Assembly: GCA_038087875.1 (NCBI GenBank)
Contig: CM075996.1
Span: forward strand, 7,504,001 to 7,568,000
Reading direction: 5' to 3'
Origin: Malacoraja senta
Taxonomy: Eukaryota
Length of the DNA stretch: 64,000 nucleotides
The notes under the pieces are model-generated. The model searched no databases and was not told the DNA's origin. It saw only the letters and a list, made by a program, of their open reading frames with translations. Below, piece after piece: positions 62,549 to 64,000 of this stretch. A program made the position numbers and the translations under genes. Position 1 is the stretch's first letter. Each line of letters begins with the position of its first letter.

Positions 62549-64000
62549 GTGAGTGGCACGCGAGGACGTTCTGTCCCATCGCTACGGGGATGTGTACAGT
62601 TTGGTCAGCTGTCACGTGTACCGAGGTGAAGTGAAAAGCTTTTGTTGAGTGCTAACCAGCCAGCGGAAAGACAACACATGGTTACAATCCAGCCATTTAC
62701 AGGGTATAGATGCATGATAAGGGAGCACGATTTAGATACATAGAAACATAGACAATAGGTGCAGGAGTAGGCCATTCGGTCCTACGAGCCTGCACCGCCA
62801 TTCAATATGATCATGGCTGATCATCCAACTCAGTATCCCATCCCTGCTTTCTCTCCATACCCCCTGATCCCTTTAGCCACAATGGCCACATCTAACTCCC
62901 TCTTAAATATAGCCAATGAACTGGCCTCAACTACCTTCTGTGGCAGAGAATTCCACAGATTCACCACTCTCTGTGTGAAAAATGTTTTTCTCATCTCGGT
63001 CCTAAAAGACTTCCCCTTTATCCTTAAACTGTGACCCCTTGTTCTGGACTTCCCCAACATCGGGAACAATCTTCCTGCATCTAGCCGGTCCAACCCCTTA
63101 AGAATTTTGTACGTTTCTATAAGATCCCCCCTCAATCTTCTAAATTCTAGCGAGTACAAGCCGAGTCTATCCAGCCTTTCTTCATATGAAAGTCCTGCCA
63201 TCCCAGGAATCAGTCTGGTGAACCTTCTCTGTACTCCCTCTATGGCAAGAATGTCTTTCCTCAGATTAGGAGACCATTTAGTGCAAGGTAAAGCCAGCAA
63301 AGTCCAATCAGGGATAGTCTGAGGGTCACCAATGAAGTAGATAGTAGTTCAGGACTGCTCTCTAGTTGTGGTGGGATGGGTCAGTTGCCTGGTAACAGTT
63401 GACTTAGGAGCCTGATAGCCCTGTCCCATGGTGCGAGTTCATTCAAGAGCTCTCCCGAGTTTAAAAAAAATCAAACTCGTGGTAAGCACGGAGAATGAAC
63501 GTAGCGGGTACGTCGGTGCTCGGGGACGTCTCTTAGCGCTAACGGCAGGTACTCGGGAAGACTCGCTAACGGCAGGTAAGCGCGGGAAGACTCGTGAAGA
63601 TTTTTCAACATGATGGAAAAATGTCCACGAGAGCCCCGAGTACCGGCGAGTGGCCATTACCGTAAATCTCCGAGTTCAAATCAGGGCAAACTCGGGAGAG
63701 CTCTTGGAATGAACTCGTCCCGTGGGACAGGGGTTTAAGCTACAGGGAGAGGCTGGACTTTAGACTTTAGAGATACAATGTGAAAACAGGGCCTGCGCCC
63801 ACCGAGTCCGCGCTGTCCAGCGATCTCCATACACCCAGCACTATGCTGCACACCAGGGACAATTTACAATTTCCAGAAGCCAATTAACCTACAAACCCGC
63901 ACGTCTTTGGAAGGTGGGAGTAAACCGGAGCACCCGGAGAAAACCCAAACATTCACGGGGAGAACGTGCAAACTCCACACAGACAGCACCCGCAGTCAGG

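Overview
Vertebrate genomic DNA, very probably from a skate or ray (elasmobranch); this is inferred from the dense HE1/V-SINE, CR1(HER1)-type LINE and Penelope repeat content. There are two assembly gaps (960-1159, 39341-39540). Most of the window is interspersed repeat, and nearly all ORF-track entries are repeat-derived or chance ORFs. Two spliced + strand genes can be built by hand with GT-AG sites and matching phases. (1) A complete 4-exon, 214-aa insulin-like growth factor prepropeptide (7160-17942), IGF2-like in sequence but probably igf3 by its position next to BCL2L12. (2) Five coding exons of BCL2L12 (48358-62548; the last exon lies beyond the window), which keeps a canonical BH3-type LxxxGD motif. 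Between them, four tiny unique-sequence islands (21244-29922) splice in phase into an unannotated candidate gene: a 57-aa membrane microprotein in one frame, overlapping a degenerate U1/matrin-type zinc finger in another. The repeats carry RNA structure too: many minimal hammerhead motifs in Penelope-derived short elements, and HDV-like folds with compensatory changes at the exact 5' ends of two RTE-derived elements. Also present are Harbinger and hAT MITEs, a Helitron-like end, and several minisatellites, including a bZIP-site array and a CCAAT cluster inside the IGF gene.
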